Assembly (NCBI GenBank): GCA_028534125.1
Contig: CM052817.1
Location: forward strand, 48,114,001-48,178,000
Reading direction: 5' to 3'
DNA length: 64,000 nucleotides
Source: Lama glama
Lineage: Eukaryota
The notes beneath the pieces are model-generated. The model did not search any database. It saw only the letters and a list, made by a program, of their open reading frames with translations, and was not told where the DNA came from. The position numbers and the translations under genes are program-made. Below, piece by piece: positions 51,141-64,000 of the stretch; the stretch's first letter is position 1; every line of letters starts with the position of its first letter.

Positions 51141-54100
51141 AAAGAAATGAGCTAAATACAAGACACAGCACTGCACTGAGACTCTGGAGCCCAGCTGCCA
51201 GGGTTTGAATCCAAACTCTGTTACTTGTTTGCTGTGTGACCTGAGACAAGTTAGTTAACATCTCTGTGTCTCAAGTTCCCCACCTGAAAAATGGGATGAT
51301 GATGATAAAATACAAGATTTAAATCTGTTTTAAAATTACTGGCCCTTACTAGTAAAATATGCCTAGCTTCTAAGAAAGAAAGCTCTCACAGATACTGGCC
51401 TTGAAAAGCCCTCTATGTTGAAAATACATCAGGTAAGAAAGAAAACAGTCAAAAGTTCTGCATGTTTTATTTCAGTGAATTAAGAGGCTTCAAGAATGAG
51501 AGCACAAGTGCGTACATTCCGGGAAACAGCCAATTAAAGAACAAGAGGAAAATAAAGACACCCCTTCAGCCTCACTTTCATAAGGGGGAGTGGGGAGATG
51601 AAAACATCAGAAAATCAACTTGCATCACAGATGAACAGATTACGGTTCTAAGTAAATATTAATCTAGTTTCATCACAAAAGAGAACCTGGAGAAAAAATG
51701 AGAAAGTGTGACCGGGAGGGAAGAAAGGAGGGAGACAGAGAAACTGTCAAGTTCATCCAATCACCTTTGTCAGAACATAAGGCCTGTAGATCAAAGCAAA
51801 GTTAATGCCTCTCACGTACCTTGATTTTCTTTCTTTCTTTGTTTTTTTCATTCTGTCCTCTGGTTAAAACGTGTTTTGGCTTTTTTGAGTAGCTCCAGAA
51901 TTTCCTGGAGGATCCTACATCAGCGTGGTTATCTGACCCATATCCACCTGCACGATGACATGATGGTCTGCAAGGGTTGGGGACACCCACTGCTCCCAAA
52001 TCCCCACTGCCAACAAGAAGAAGGCAAATGTGGGACGGGAATGCCGCCACACCCACTGCCACCACCAGTCCCACGGCAGACGTCACTTCCACACCTTCAC
52101 ACTCGTTCCTGCGGAGCCTGAACTTGGCCTCCGCGCTCATCTGGGCAGCCACCACCCACCAATCAGAGGTGGCGGATGAGAGGAAACCTCTTCACCATGC
52201 CCACTTCCAGCTGGCCTTTCATGTCACTCTGGCCCCAATCTGTGGGTCCAACCTTGTGTCCCACGGGAACCCAGAAGTGTCTTATGACAGAATATACCCG
52301 CTCATTTTCAGATCTTTTTCATTTTCCCTGTCTAGAATATTCTTTTCTTTCCTCCCTAACTCTGACTCAATTTCTAAGGCCCAGTTGAAAATTCTACCTT
52401 TTCCAATAACCTATACTAACCATTCCCAGAAACAAGAATTCCTCCTTTATTCAAACCATCACAACACTTTGTGTCCGAATTATTCATTGAGGCACCAACA
52501 AATATAAAGTTTGTTCATCATTATCTAACTTTTAAAGATGTGCCACCTCTCTCTAACTAGGTCTAACGAGGTCTGTGTCTTACACACCTTCCTTAAAGAC
52601 CAACACTGTATCGTACACCTAATAGTCACTTTGAATATTAATGAATTAGATATAACTAAGTAAACCTCGGACATTTTCAAGTACACAAAAACATAACCGC
52701 TTGCCCAAGCAACTTACATTACGAACTCTGAAACGAAAACTATCTAACTTTTGAAAACTGTCCTTATTTTACCCTTCCCTTTAATCCATCTTTGCATAAG
52801 CTGCACCAAAACACAGTCGCCAGTCCCTGTAGAGTAAGTCACAAATAAAAGGAGGAGCATTTCAGGTAAGTTATTTTCCTCTGCTAGATGCAATCTCCTC
52901 CCACCCTGAGGGACCACAACATTTAATGTGCACATTTATTAAGACATTTAATATCCACTGCTTGATGTGTTGTTATGCAGCGCTGTACTTTGTCTTTGCA
53001 GCTTTTCGTCTCTTACCTAAACTGCTCTTGGGGCCTATCTTGTGCACAGTGAAGTTACCCAAAAGAGTAGGGATGAAACAATGAGTAAGAGAATGAATGA
53101 AAGAATGAATAATATATATTCTGCCCCAGTTCCTCACAAGATCTCTTACTCTGCTTCTATCCTCTGTCTCTTTTTAAGCACAACTAGGAAAATGACACGA
53201 TGTAACACAATGGAAATGGGGGGGGCTTAGCCATATTTGAAGCACAGTTCCTATACTCTCATTTGGTAACTTAATTAATATTTATTAATTTTTAGTTCAT
53301 GCAATACAGTATGGTATTTACTGAAATGACACAAAGTATTTTTTCAGATAACATCTCTGTCCTCAAGGAACTCACAGCTGGAAGATAACACATGATAATA
53401 GGAAAAATGCTATGGATAAAAATGTAATATGCAAGAAGTAACATTTTTGAATAGTTACAGTGTAATAGGCATTGTGTTAAGTGTTTTCCATTTACATCAT
53501 TTGTTTTACACAAGCCTATGAACTATCTACTACTTTTATTCTCTTATATTACTCTCTCATAACAGACAGAGAAACTGAGCATAAAGAAGCTAAGGGACTT
53601 CCCGAAGATTACACAACTAGTAAGTGCTAGGATCGCAAACCCACTTATGTGATTTCTGAGCCCATTTCTTAGCCACCACTCTAATGGATGATCTCATTTA
53701 AAGGGGTGGGGGGCAGATTTCTATATAAACAGTATAGACAGTAAATGTACTGGACTTCAGAAGAGACAGAAATCATAATGGCATATGAAAGAGTCCAAAA
53801 GTAAATTAATTGAACATTTGGTTCATTACCCACTAAAAGGCAATCTGTGAATGTACCCTTTTATTTTTGGTCTGCAAAGCATCCCACTGTGGTCACCCTG
53901 CAGGCTACCTCAAAATAAATTTTTTAATAGAAATAATGATCATAATGAACAATTCATACTGAGCCTGACAAGTTTACATGCAAATTCCCTTCTGTGGGTT
54001 AAATGAGGACTTCTGGATTTTGTATTTTCTCCTTGTCAAAGTCCACCATCTGGTAAAGTCTTAGCTCTCAAACCAAAGTATAAAAAGAAATAACTATTTG

Positions 54101-54385
54101 TTTCTTTAAGTTATTAATGTGCTATCACCAACTGTTTTACACAGTTAACATTTTAAGTATTCATTTCTCTTCTGAGATAAGAGTTTACAGGTCGATACCA
54201 CAGTTGTTAAAACTTACACACTTTATCAAATTATAAGGCCACTGTAGTACTCTAAAAAATACAATTAAATGTATATATAAAATCCTCAGACTTACTTTCA
54301 TATTCAAAACTATAAGAAATGATAAATAGCTAAATGAATACATTTCCATAGACATATTAATCTTTAACACACATACATATATGCA

Positions 54386-54904
54386 TTGCAGTGGCATCTG
54401 GTCCACCCAGCACCCCTAACCTCTTTTTCTGATAACAGCACCCCATTTTCCTTTGCGGAACTGTCTTATAATACTTTTAAGTCCATTGAGGCTGAATCAC
54501 TCCCTGTGACCCAGGCCTGGACAATGAGAATATCATACAATTCTTGGCCACAGCAATTAATTTTTGAGGGGACACTTTACCTAATCCAGCCCAATCAGAG
54601 TAAATAAGTATCGTACTTTTGTTGGAACTTCCAGGAAATAAATTTTCTCCTTATGTTAAGGTGCTAAGATGCTAATAATGCTTTGAGTGCAGATGGCCAC
54701 CATGCAACCCTAAGGGAAGAGCCTGCCTGGGAATAAAAAACACAGAACCAAGACGGCAACATGTTCCTGACTCCATCACTTAAGCACCTAGATTCAGCCA
54801 TGCCTGAAGTCAGTAACTTCTCAATCATATGTAAAGATTCCCTTTTAGCTTAAAGTAACCTGAGGCAATTTTTTTGTCACTTGCAACCAAAGAGTTATCA
54901 TACA
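54386..54904 (+). mobile_element. ERVL solo LTR (LTR16-like)
   Basis: gcccaatcagag, cagccatgcctgaag, gtcacttgcaaccaaagag...ataca. Confidence 0.7.
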
Positions 54905-55953
54905 GACAGCTATGATCCCATTTTAATGGGTTAGAGTAGAGCTAACTTTTATTAGCCATCTACGTTTTAGCATGTTCACATTAATTGCTTTGAAGAACCT
55001 GTTCTTATAGAATCCAACTTTTATTGGCGTGACCTGTACATGTCATGTAGACTTTCTCCACGCCTCTACCTACTTCTCCCTCAACATACTCAGAAAATGA
55101 CTATTGATTTACATGCTGGCAGGCTCCAGACAAGTAAATTAGATGGTTACTTTTTCTGTTTCAAGACATTGAAACAGCCAAAGAGCATTCATTGAGAAGA
55201 TAATTTTAAAAATACTTAGGTATCCATGTATTAATAAGCTCCCACACATTGAAAAGCTGTCAATTATCACAATTATCCTTAATCTGCCATGACATGATTA
55301 TTCAGCTAAAAAGAGTCAACAGCACGAAGAGCCTGGATTCCAGAATACCACCAGCTCCCTCACTTAGGAGCAGAACAAGCTCAGCTTCAGCCAGCAAGGG
55401 GTGACAGAAACTGGAGTTTGCTGAGACATTTCTGGAAAATACCTATGTCTTAGTCTTCCATTTTCAAGATGTTAAAAAAAAAAATTTACCTATGGTTTTT
55501 TTACAAAAATGTTATCAGGACTCAAGTCCTTTCTATAAGATATTCAAAATTCTTCAGAACAAAAAAGTGGTAGCCCTCACATTCCTCAATTTATTCTGTC
55601 CTTTGCTTTCATTATTTCTGCCAACACAGTGGGTTGGAAAAATTAAAACTAGGCTTTCAGTGGTGTTCATATGTGTATCTAAAACGCTGCTAAGCCGTTC
55701 ACAAGGAACTAGTCCCAGCGACAGCCTGTCAGTCAAATAAATGTATCTATGAAATTCCAGGGCACATCATATTGAAAAAAAATTGGCTCAAAGCCTTTTT
55801 GGTCTGCTGATGCTTTTCATTAATTATTCCAATTATATTAATTACATTATTTATACTGTCCCAATATTTCAAGAATCTCTATTAGAAAAACCTAAGATTC
55901 AAATCAGTCATTTTGGGTTTTATCAGCCTCACTGGTGACCTAAACTAAGTAAC

Positions 55954-56327
55954 TGTTAAGGACTGAACTGTGTCCCTGACAAAATTCACATGGTGAAACC
56001 CTAGTCCCTAATATGATGGTATTTGGAGATGGAGCTCTTGGGAGATACCTGAGTTTAGATGAGGTTTTGAGAGCGGGCCCCTCATAATGTGACTAGTACC
56101 CTTGTAAGAAGAGACAGCTGAGAGCTTGCTACCTCTTTCTCTCCGCCATGTGAGAACACAGGGGGAAGGCTGCCATCCACAAGCCAGGAGCTGGGCCTTC
56201 ATCGGGGAACCAGATCACCTGCTACCTTGATCTTGGCTTCTCAGCTTCCAGAACTGTGAGAGATAAATCCCTGCTGTTTAAGCTACACAGTCGACAATAT
56301 TTTGTCACAGCAGCTTGAGCTAATACA
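55954..56327 (+). mobile_element. MLT1A/B-type MaLR solo LTR
   Basis: tgttaaggactgaactg...ctaataca termini, perfect 5-bp TSD gtaac. Confidence 0.9.
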
Positions 56328-56399
56328 GTAACTGAACTAACGGTGAAAATAAGCTTTTTGATTTTTTTTTTTGGTCTGGACTTTCCCATATCATCCTAT

Positions 56400-57237
56400 C
56401 ACATCTCCCACTTCACTTAATCCATGTTTGCAGGGTAGTCACGAGCCCTTGGAGGGAAAAGATGGGCTCACAGAAACAGTAATAACCCAATTTCACTGAC
56501 TCTGCCCCAGTTACATAACACATGGCTGCCCCTCACTGATAAATCTACCTCCCAAGTATCTGCTAGGCCCCCTGGGGATGTTTCACTCTTATCCTTTTGG
56601 CTCCACCCCACCTCTGATGCCTTCTGCCTGCAAAAATCAGCTGGGAAGGGTACCACACTGTAGACACTGCCACTGGGGCCCAACAAGCCAATGACAATAC
56701 CCCGCCGAGCAAGTCAGCTTCTGAAGTTCCCAAGGAGGCAATACTTGAGGTACCAAAGCAACACAGCAATGGGAAGGAAAAAAGCAGGTGACCAAGAAGT
56801 CTGGATGGAACATCATGACAGATAATGCTGATGTGATGAGTCAGTACATTGTTCAGAGTATGTTTTGCCCCTGCTTGAGACATAAATTATGTCTTTTGAC
56901 AACTACCACATGCCAGAGAATTTCCAGAAGAAAAGAAAGGATTCAAGGAAGGAAGAGGAATTTCCACAACCATGTCTATCATTCAAATTTAACCACCAGG
57001 ATGTCTCTGTCTTATCAAGGTTGCAAGGTACCTAATGCCTTACATATCTGCATAAACATTAATTGTGGGTTCTTATTTTTAACTCCCTTCTAGTCTTTTG
57101 TTCAGATCAAATTCCTTTCCTCAAAGAACCAGCTGTATCCTGACCCTTCCTTCAGGGAATCAATAAATTCTGTTTTGCTTATTCCAGTTATAATCGGATT
57201 TCTTGCACTTGCAACCAAAGGCTTACTGATTTATATA
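56400..57237 (+). mobile_element. Old ERVL-type LTR (family uncertain)
   Basis: aataaattctgttttgctta...cacttgcaaccaaagg 3' end; 5' boundary uncertain. Confidence 0.45.
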
Positions 57238-60200
57238 GTGTGTATAGGAAAAAAAAAAAAAAACTCGAGCCAAATGTTAACAACCTTTATCCCCAAAAAC
57301 AGAATTATTGCTTATGTGCAATTTCCAAATTTTCCAAAATTAACATTAATGTCATTATTATAAGGAAAACAAACTTATTAAGGCATTTTTAATCGCTAAT
57401 GTGGGGACAATCATGCGAAGTTAGTCCCTACAGTACTTGAAACTGCAAAATCTCAATGATTTTTCTCAACAAATGCTCAAAACAAACATAACCCTCAAGC
57501 ATTTGCCTCTACTGCTGTCTAGGGATTCAAACAGCCATTTCTGAACCATAGGACAGGACTGGCCATGGTTCTGAAAGCTAGCAGACTGATTAGCCACACA
57601 GGTCTAAAAGAAACCCCATGGGCACAGAACAATGGGGACGGGGTGAGGGGCCTCATGCAAGTGGCATGGAAAAAGTAAGGTGCTTCCTGTAAACAGTAAC
57701 TCCCCCATTAATTAAGATGGCAACGCTGTGGCCACCTGCAACCTCTTTCTAAAAGACCTAAGCATTCCTAATGCGTGTCCCAGTTCCCATTTCCATTTTC
57801 CTCTAATCTCTCCCTCCCTGCTTCACTTCTCTTTGCCCTGCCAGATCTGTCCATGATAAGGTTTATATGATGAATCACTCTGCTTAAGAGTGAACACATC
57901 AGCATTTTCTCCAGGTTCAACTCAGAACAATTATCAGCACAATTTATACCCTGAGGTTTCTAAAGTCAGACTCAATTCTCATCAACGTTAGGAAATCTTC
58001 CCGATTCCTAAAATAAACTCTACAGACTTGCTCGACTGCAACTCTTTTCTATACAAAGTAGCTAAATTTATTGCTCCAATGTTAGTGTCACCACCACCAC
58101 GCTGGTGCTGCCATCAGATGCCTCCACAGACAAAAGGAGGCATCCTCCTTCCTGCAGACTTTCTTTCAAAATACATAAGAATTAAAGGTACCAAGCTTTA
58201 AAGAATCTTAAGGGCTTCTGACTTCATCCCCACATTGCCAAGAATTTCTACCCATCTTTCCTGGATAGCAAAACTGAGAAATGTGATTCAGAACATAATT
58301 CCGTTAAGAAAGGAAAGAGTAGGGAATGGGGGCATCAAGGACACGTTGCATTGGTACTGGTTCTTTATAAAGAAAAAAAAAGTCACATTCCCCACAGACA
58401 CGTCACTGTTCTAAAGATTTTGATGGTACTCTGAACATAAGAATTGTCAACAAAATTCTACACTGAGCTTTTCCTCTTTTCTGCCGTAAGTCTGCTTAAA
58501 ATTAGTGGCAGTGATCCCTCACCTCTCTGAAGCTTAATTACATTCTCAGCAAAGAAAAAAATATATATAACAGGTCCTCCAACACTACCAATTTGACATC
58601 GATAGTTTCACCGTTCTCAGACAACATAGTGCTTCATTTGCCTTGTCTGATCTACCCAGAAGGCTCTCCATTATTGAAGCCAACCAGCAACATATGTCAA
58701 CTGGCCAGCAAAGACCTCAAAATGAGGCTGGAATCTTAAAGGTCACTTGTGAAGCTTAAGTTCAATGACTTGTGAAATGGCACGTGAATAATGTGAATTA
58801 TAATAATTAATATAAACAATAAGTTTTCGTGCAGCTTCACCAAGTACCTTCCCAAATTATCAACAGTGATTTGCCAAACCCATTTTCAATAAACAAGAAG
58901 ATGAAATCAGCTAAGTTTTAAGAACCATATTTTAGAAGGGAGGAGCATTTGTTACAGAAATAAACCTCCTTCTAAGTTATCCACACAAAGCTGATGGAAA
59001 ACGTAGATCAGACGGTGTATGTAGGCTGGTCAGGGACTTTGATTTCCCATTAAAGTGTGTCATGAACAATCTGTATTTCACAGAGTAATATCAACAAAAG
59101 TAAGAGAGCCACTCTTTTCAACAAAATATGTTTTCACTATATTTTTTGTATCCAACATCTCCTTATCCCTTATATAAAAAGTCTAATTTATACACTTCAA
59201 GTCGTCTGGAGATAACCTCGGTTCATCAGAAGGAAAGCCAACGAGCACCACTTCAAACGGCATTCATTAGTAACAGCGTCCCGTTCAGAAAGAACAGGCA
59301 GAGAAAGTGTCCAGTCACTTCTAAGGCTTGTGGTGACATGTAAGACACGGCTATTCCTTAATTGGCAGCAGAATTTCCAATTACTTAAACATCAATCACA
59401 AATCTTAGCGTTCCTCTGTCTTCTCAGACCATCCTTTCTTTAGATTCATCACAAATCAGTTTAAAGTAGTTTAGCAATACATTTGTCAATTTATCACACT
59501 TTTCAAGACCTACATAGGCTCAAATCTATCTTTCTTGGAACTATGTTCGCAAAATGCTTCAGTAACCTTATAAAGCAGAGGTCAGGCATTCACCTGACAA
59601 TTGTCCAGATCCCTCTGCCACCCTCCGTATGTGGAGAGGCAGGGAAGAGCCACGAGCAAAGTGGGATACCTGGGGTTCAAATACAGAGGGATATAAGGAA
59701 TGAGACAGGGAACTCCTAAGAAAGCAGTAGAAGGTGCTCTGGGTCTGAAAAATGAGACAAGCTGAAATCTCTAAGAGGAAGCCAAGGTCAAATCCCAAAG
59801 CCAGCAAATAGAAACAACAAATCTAAAGACACCAGGAGGAAGAATCAAGATCAAGTTACCAAGTTAAGAGTGAAAAACCAGGGTAAATAGAGATAAAAGC
59901 AACTCATTACGGATAGGTAGGAGAGTCAATAGGTCAAGGCAAATATTAAATGTAAATACTCATTTACGTTAAGCCTAGTATTGTGAAAATAAATTAAAGA
60001 AGTACTGTTGTTTTGGGAGTATGATGGGAAGGCGGGATCGTTCTCAATACACTTTAAGGAGGGCTTACATAAGATAATAAAGACCCTCCAAATCTTGCTG
60101 GTATGTTGGCAAATTCCCCTAAGTGATCAACGAAGTGTCTGCAGTGGCTGGTTCTTTTAACTTCAGGGGGAGTAGATCTTTATAGCCTAGGAACCATTCG

Positions 60201-63200
60201 TTGTTCAGATGGAGTTCTACACGTGCCCTCCTGCCTAGTGATAGCAAGGAATTTTACTTCTTGAGACAACACAACCCTGAGTAAACAGTAATTATGGGTG
60301 GAGTGGTGGAATCAGAATTATAAGACCTAAATCTCGTGCTCAGCTCCAATTCCAACTGAGCAAATCCCCCTTTACCCTCTGACTCACCTTTCCCACCTGG
60401 TTGACACACAGTAACAACAGGAAAAAGGAAGAGATGACAAGGCACATCCATGGATGATGGAACTGGACTGTGCTCTTCTGCCTCACCAAAATCTACCCAG
60501 AAACACAAGACGGTGCTACTATATTCAATGACCTACTGATGTGCTATTCATTCTATCACTTTTGATCTCATCTTTCCTTTGAGAAACAATACCTATTAAC
60601 AAATCTCCTAATGGAAAGACTGAAAAAACCTGAAAAGTTGGCATTCTTGGAGGGAAAGACTATTAATCCTTGGCAATATTCTCACCCTTTATATATCCCA
60701 TTTTTCAGTCAAAGATGTGTAGTGGGCACTGACTATGAGTATTTATACACCAGCCACATAAAGGAGTTGCACAATGAAGATACTTACTCGTCCTTTTTCA
60801 ACGAATTTATCATCAAGTGTGGCAACAAAAATAAACCTCAGTGAAGGTGACTTCAAGAGAAAAGGCACATAACCAGCTCCAGAGACCTATGTAAGCATGA
60901 ACTGTTTAAGATGGTTTAAAAAGCTGAGACACCCCTGGAAGAAGAATAAAGCATGTGAATAAGGATGAGGAATTCCAAACACAGAAAGGGAAAGGGATGC
61001 TTGATGGTCCACAGACTAACAGGGACACGCGGTGAGGGGCACTAAGCTGTGCACAAGGACGACGTGCTGAAACGAATGGGGATGTTTTGTGTAGAGCACA
61101 AGTTTTGATGCGCAGGTCCTACTGACAACCATCTGCTTTTTCTCCTCACGTAGTGTCTGTCTTCAAAGCAAATACACATCAACAACTCAAGAATCACTCA
61201 GTAAGTATTATACAACATTGGTTACCTCTGAGCTGCACCCAAAACACACACACATGAAGATCATTATGCCCTAAAAAATACTCACCCAGTCTCTAGTCTT
61301 GTCTAACAGAGATTTTAGGAAGTATGAGTCTCTACTACAGTAGGACAAAACTCATGTTTTGTGATCATGTTCCTTAAAAAAGTCTTAGTTTTTCAAAACA
61401 AGAGCCCAAATATTTTTATAGATTTCATTGTTGGTGTACATAAATTATAATTATTAAATATACTCTGAACTTCTGCCTTGTATATGCAAAGAAAAACTGG
61501 CCAATGCCCTGTCCTTATAAGATTATATTCATCTAATCCTACTTTAAATCACACCCCAAAATGCCATCTAATGGTTACTTGTGATCTCAGCCTAATAAAT
61601 CCCCTAAACAGAATTCTGAAAGTCAGTTTCTAATCATTTTTCCTGGCCACTAATATAAAACAGACCTACATATTAAAATTGCATTATTTAGACATTAAAT
61701 CAGTGGCTACTAAATTTTCTCCTACAGAGTAATTCATCTGAGTCATATGGATGGTAATGTCCAAGAATTCACTTCAGAAACATCAACTGCAGTTAAAATT
61801 TTTCTGAAATGTTTGTGTGGGTATGTCCTGCCATGAATGGCAATTGGTTAATTTGCCTATGAAATTAGTAGATTCTGAGCTGAGTCCAAAAAAAAAACTG
61901 TATTCTTTCACATGCCAAAATCAAGCTCACTTCAGAAGTGAATTTCTCTTCTATCTTGAATCTATTACAATTTGAAATGATAAAAGACTTGAAGAATAGT
62001 AACTTGGCTTACAATTTCATTTGGGATACAATCCCATGTAAGTGAACTGGACTACACACCCACTGCAGTCTTCTCTTCCAAAATTTATACTTCAGTTTTC
62101 CAGGATCACAAGATTTCTTTTTTTTTTTTTGCTTGTTCTTCTGTCAATCAATCACCACTTGCAAGCCTCTTCAAAAGAGAGTTACTAATATGGGGTTTAA
62201 TTGAAGAGTCTTCAACATGCTTTCTGGTTTTTTTTTTCCAACCAAGCAGTATAAACTGCAATATTTGCATTAGTCAGAGCACTTGATTGGAAACATTTAT
62301 TAATAAGAACATTCACCAGTAAATAGCATGAACTAGGAACATTTTATCTCTTTAAGAACACCCCTATAACCTAAATATTATTATCTCTGTATTCATCAAT
62401 AAAACATGTTCAAGGAGGTTCCATACCTTACCCAAATCACAAGATCTAGTCATGAGGGAATCTAAGACTTGGAATGCAGTTCTGTAGATCTGACTGACTA
62501 TAAAGTCCACACTCATTTTACTATAATGTGCTCCCCACTTCCTGCCTATCTCTACTGTATTTCTTAACACAGGGCACCCTTCAAGGGCCCATGAGCCATA
62601 TCTCAAAACATATCTAGCCAATGACATAAACTCTTTGAAAGTGAGTCATGTTAGGATCTTGATAATAACAATGTTTATTTTTCTCTTTTTAAGTAACCAA
62701 GTATTATATATTACCAAATGCCTTTCAAGGAGTGCTAAACTTTTCCTACACTAAGCTTGAGATCGAGCCATTATTCCTTTACTTTTCAACAAGCCATCCA
62801 TTTTGCTCTTTTTAATTTATTTTCCTCTGATTATGAATGGCTTTTAAGAGCTGTCTAAACTCATTCCAGAGCTCAAACAACTTAGCCCATAAACTTGTCA
62901 CTTTTAACTTTGGGGGTTACAGATCTGTTTGAGAGTCAGATGAAATGTGTACAAACATATAGAAGCAGAGTTTTGTATAAAGTGAATGTGCAATTGCTTT
63001 GGAAAATGATTTTCTTCAAACTCATCAAATGACTTTCGAAAAACATAAAAAAGATATTGACTCCAGGAAGTAAACTAACCTTCTAGGGTTGCATGTGCCT
63101 AACCTCAGTGATGGGTGTACCCTGGAAAGTAAGAATAAAACCAACTAACAGCACATATGCGCACCTTCATAAAATCTTAGAAGATTAAAAAAAAGTATCC

Positions 63201-64000
63201 CATGAAAATTAGCATAAGAGCCTTACAATCTTTAAGATTATCTAACTCTCAGGGGTCAATAAATGCTTACAATAATTCAGTACATTAGATGAATAAGTGC
63301 CTTTCCATTTTACAGCCCTGTCTAGAGAACTTTAAAAACACATGTGACCTGTGTTTTAAAACAGCCTGTCCCACCATGAAGACCAGCTGACCACTCTGCT
63401 TTACGGACTCATTTCCCTGATCTCCACCACAGTGCAATATGTCAGGCAGATGTTTCGAGGTGCATCACTTAGCAACATATTCAGTTCCAGTTAAAAACAT
63501 TTGCAGGGCTACATTACAAATGCTTGCAAATAGAGTTATTCGCTAAGGTCCAGAAATGTTCAGAGAGAGGATTTTCTTCTCTACTTCAAGTGCAGCAACT
63601 CTTGTTTCAAAAGTAAGGCTGCTGGCGAAGAAACTGAAGCCCAGAGGATGACATGCTGTCAAAACAATCTGCAAACGTTTATTTTGCTGCCACAGTTCAG
63701 TTGAAACCAGTTCCTAGTGCGATACTGACACTGCTATAATGTTGATTCATGCTTTTGTGTCTTCAAAAATTAATAACCGTAACTTTTGTGTTTTAAATGG
63801 TTTGGAATTGCCAGCAGTATGCTACCTCCAACTGGCTCTAATAAAGCAGTTCATGATTTAACTTATTCTCAAAAGCACAAAGGCATCTCTCTCTGAAGTT
63901 CTGGGTTCTCACTGGTTTCTCAAGCAACAAAGTGAAGCTAAAACCTTACCACCATCCTTTGTGCACAAGAAGTGGTTAAAGAGAACTGCAGAGTCCTCTG

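Larger units (their letters stand above)
1..64000 (-). other. SLC4A4: SLC4A4 gene body (partial): distal intron 3 through most of intron 6; exon 3 and exon 7 lie outside the window
   Basis: Three exons splice in frame into the NBCe1 N-terminal domain. I did not see the next exon (GSPAMTHRNL...) or the B-type exon 3 in the window. Confidence 0.9.

Noticed and set aside
50554..51155. Transposase-like ORFs as a domesticated gene
   Set aside because: Short, frameshifted, internally deleted Tigger remnant with no catalytic domain.
51977..52507. 176-aa antisense ORF
   Set aside because: Non-ATG start, low-complexity Thr/Pro bias, no recognisable homology.
52718..52727. Microexon-like tttcag|AGTTCGTAAT|gtaagt on the minus strand
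   Set aside because: 10 nt (8 with the next AG) is frame-breaking, the pyrimidine tract is short with upstream AGs close by, and there is no other support.

Overview
Mammalian genomic DNA, most likely camelid judging by a Vic-1-like tRNA-derived SINE. The whole window lies inside SLC4A4 (electrogenic Na+/HCO3- cotransporter NBCe1) on the minus strand. It holds three canonical coding exons, numbered as in human from memory. Exon 4 carries the NBCe1-A/D start and the internal B/C/E acceptor (48392-48648). Exon 5 is at 39243-39403. Exon 6 is at 30786-30965 and includes the 27-nt cassette-I alternative donor. The intronic NBCe1-A promoter region is also present. The rest is intron rich in old repeats (L1/HAL1, L2, MIR, MaLR/ERV solo LTRs, hAT and Tigger elements), with one 500-N gap whose flanks are duplicated. 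Best finding: a frame-preserving, stop-free 96-nt candidate cassette exon in intron 6 (19240-19335). It is not part of the canonical NBCe1-A to -E isoforms as I recall them, and its peptide resembles the positionally equivalent segment of the paralog NBCe2/SLC4A5. Repeat family names are from recall, not a database search. Nearly all other ORF-track entries are spurious.
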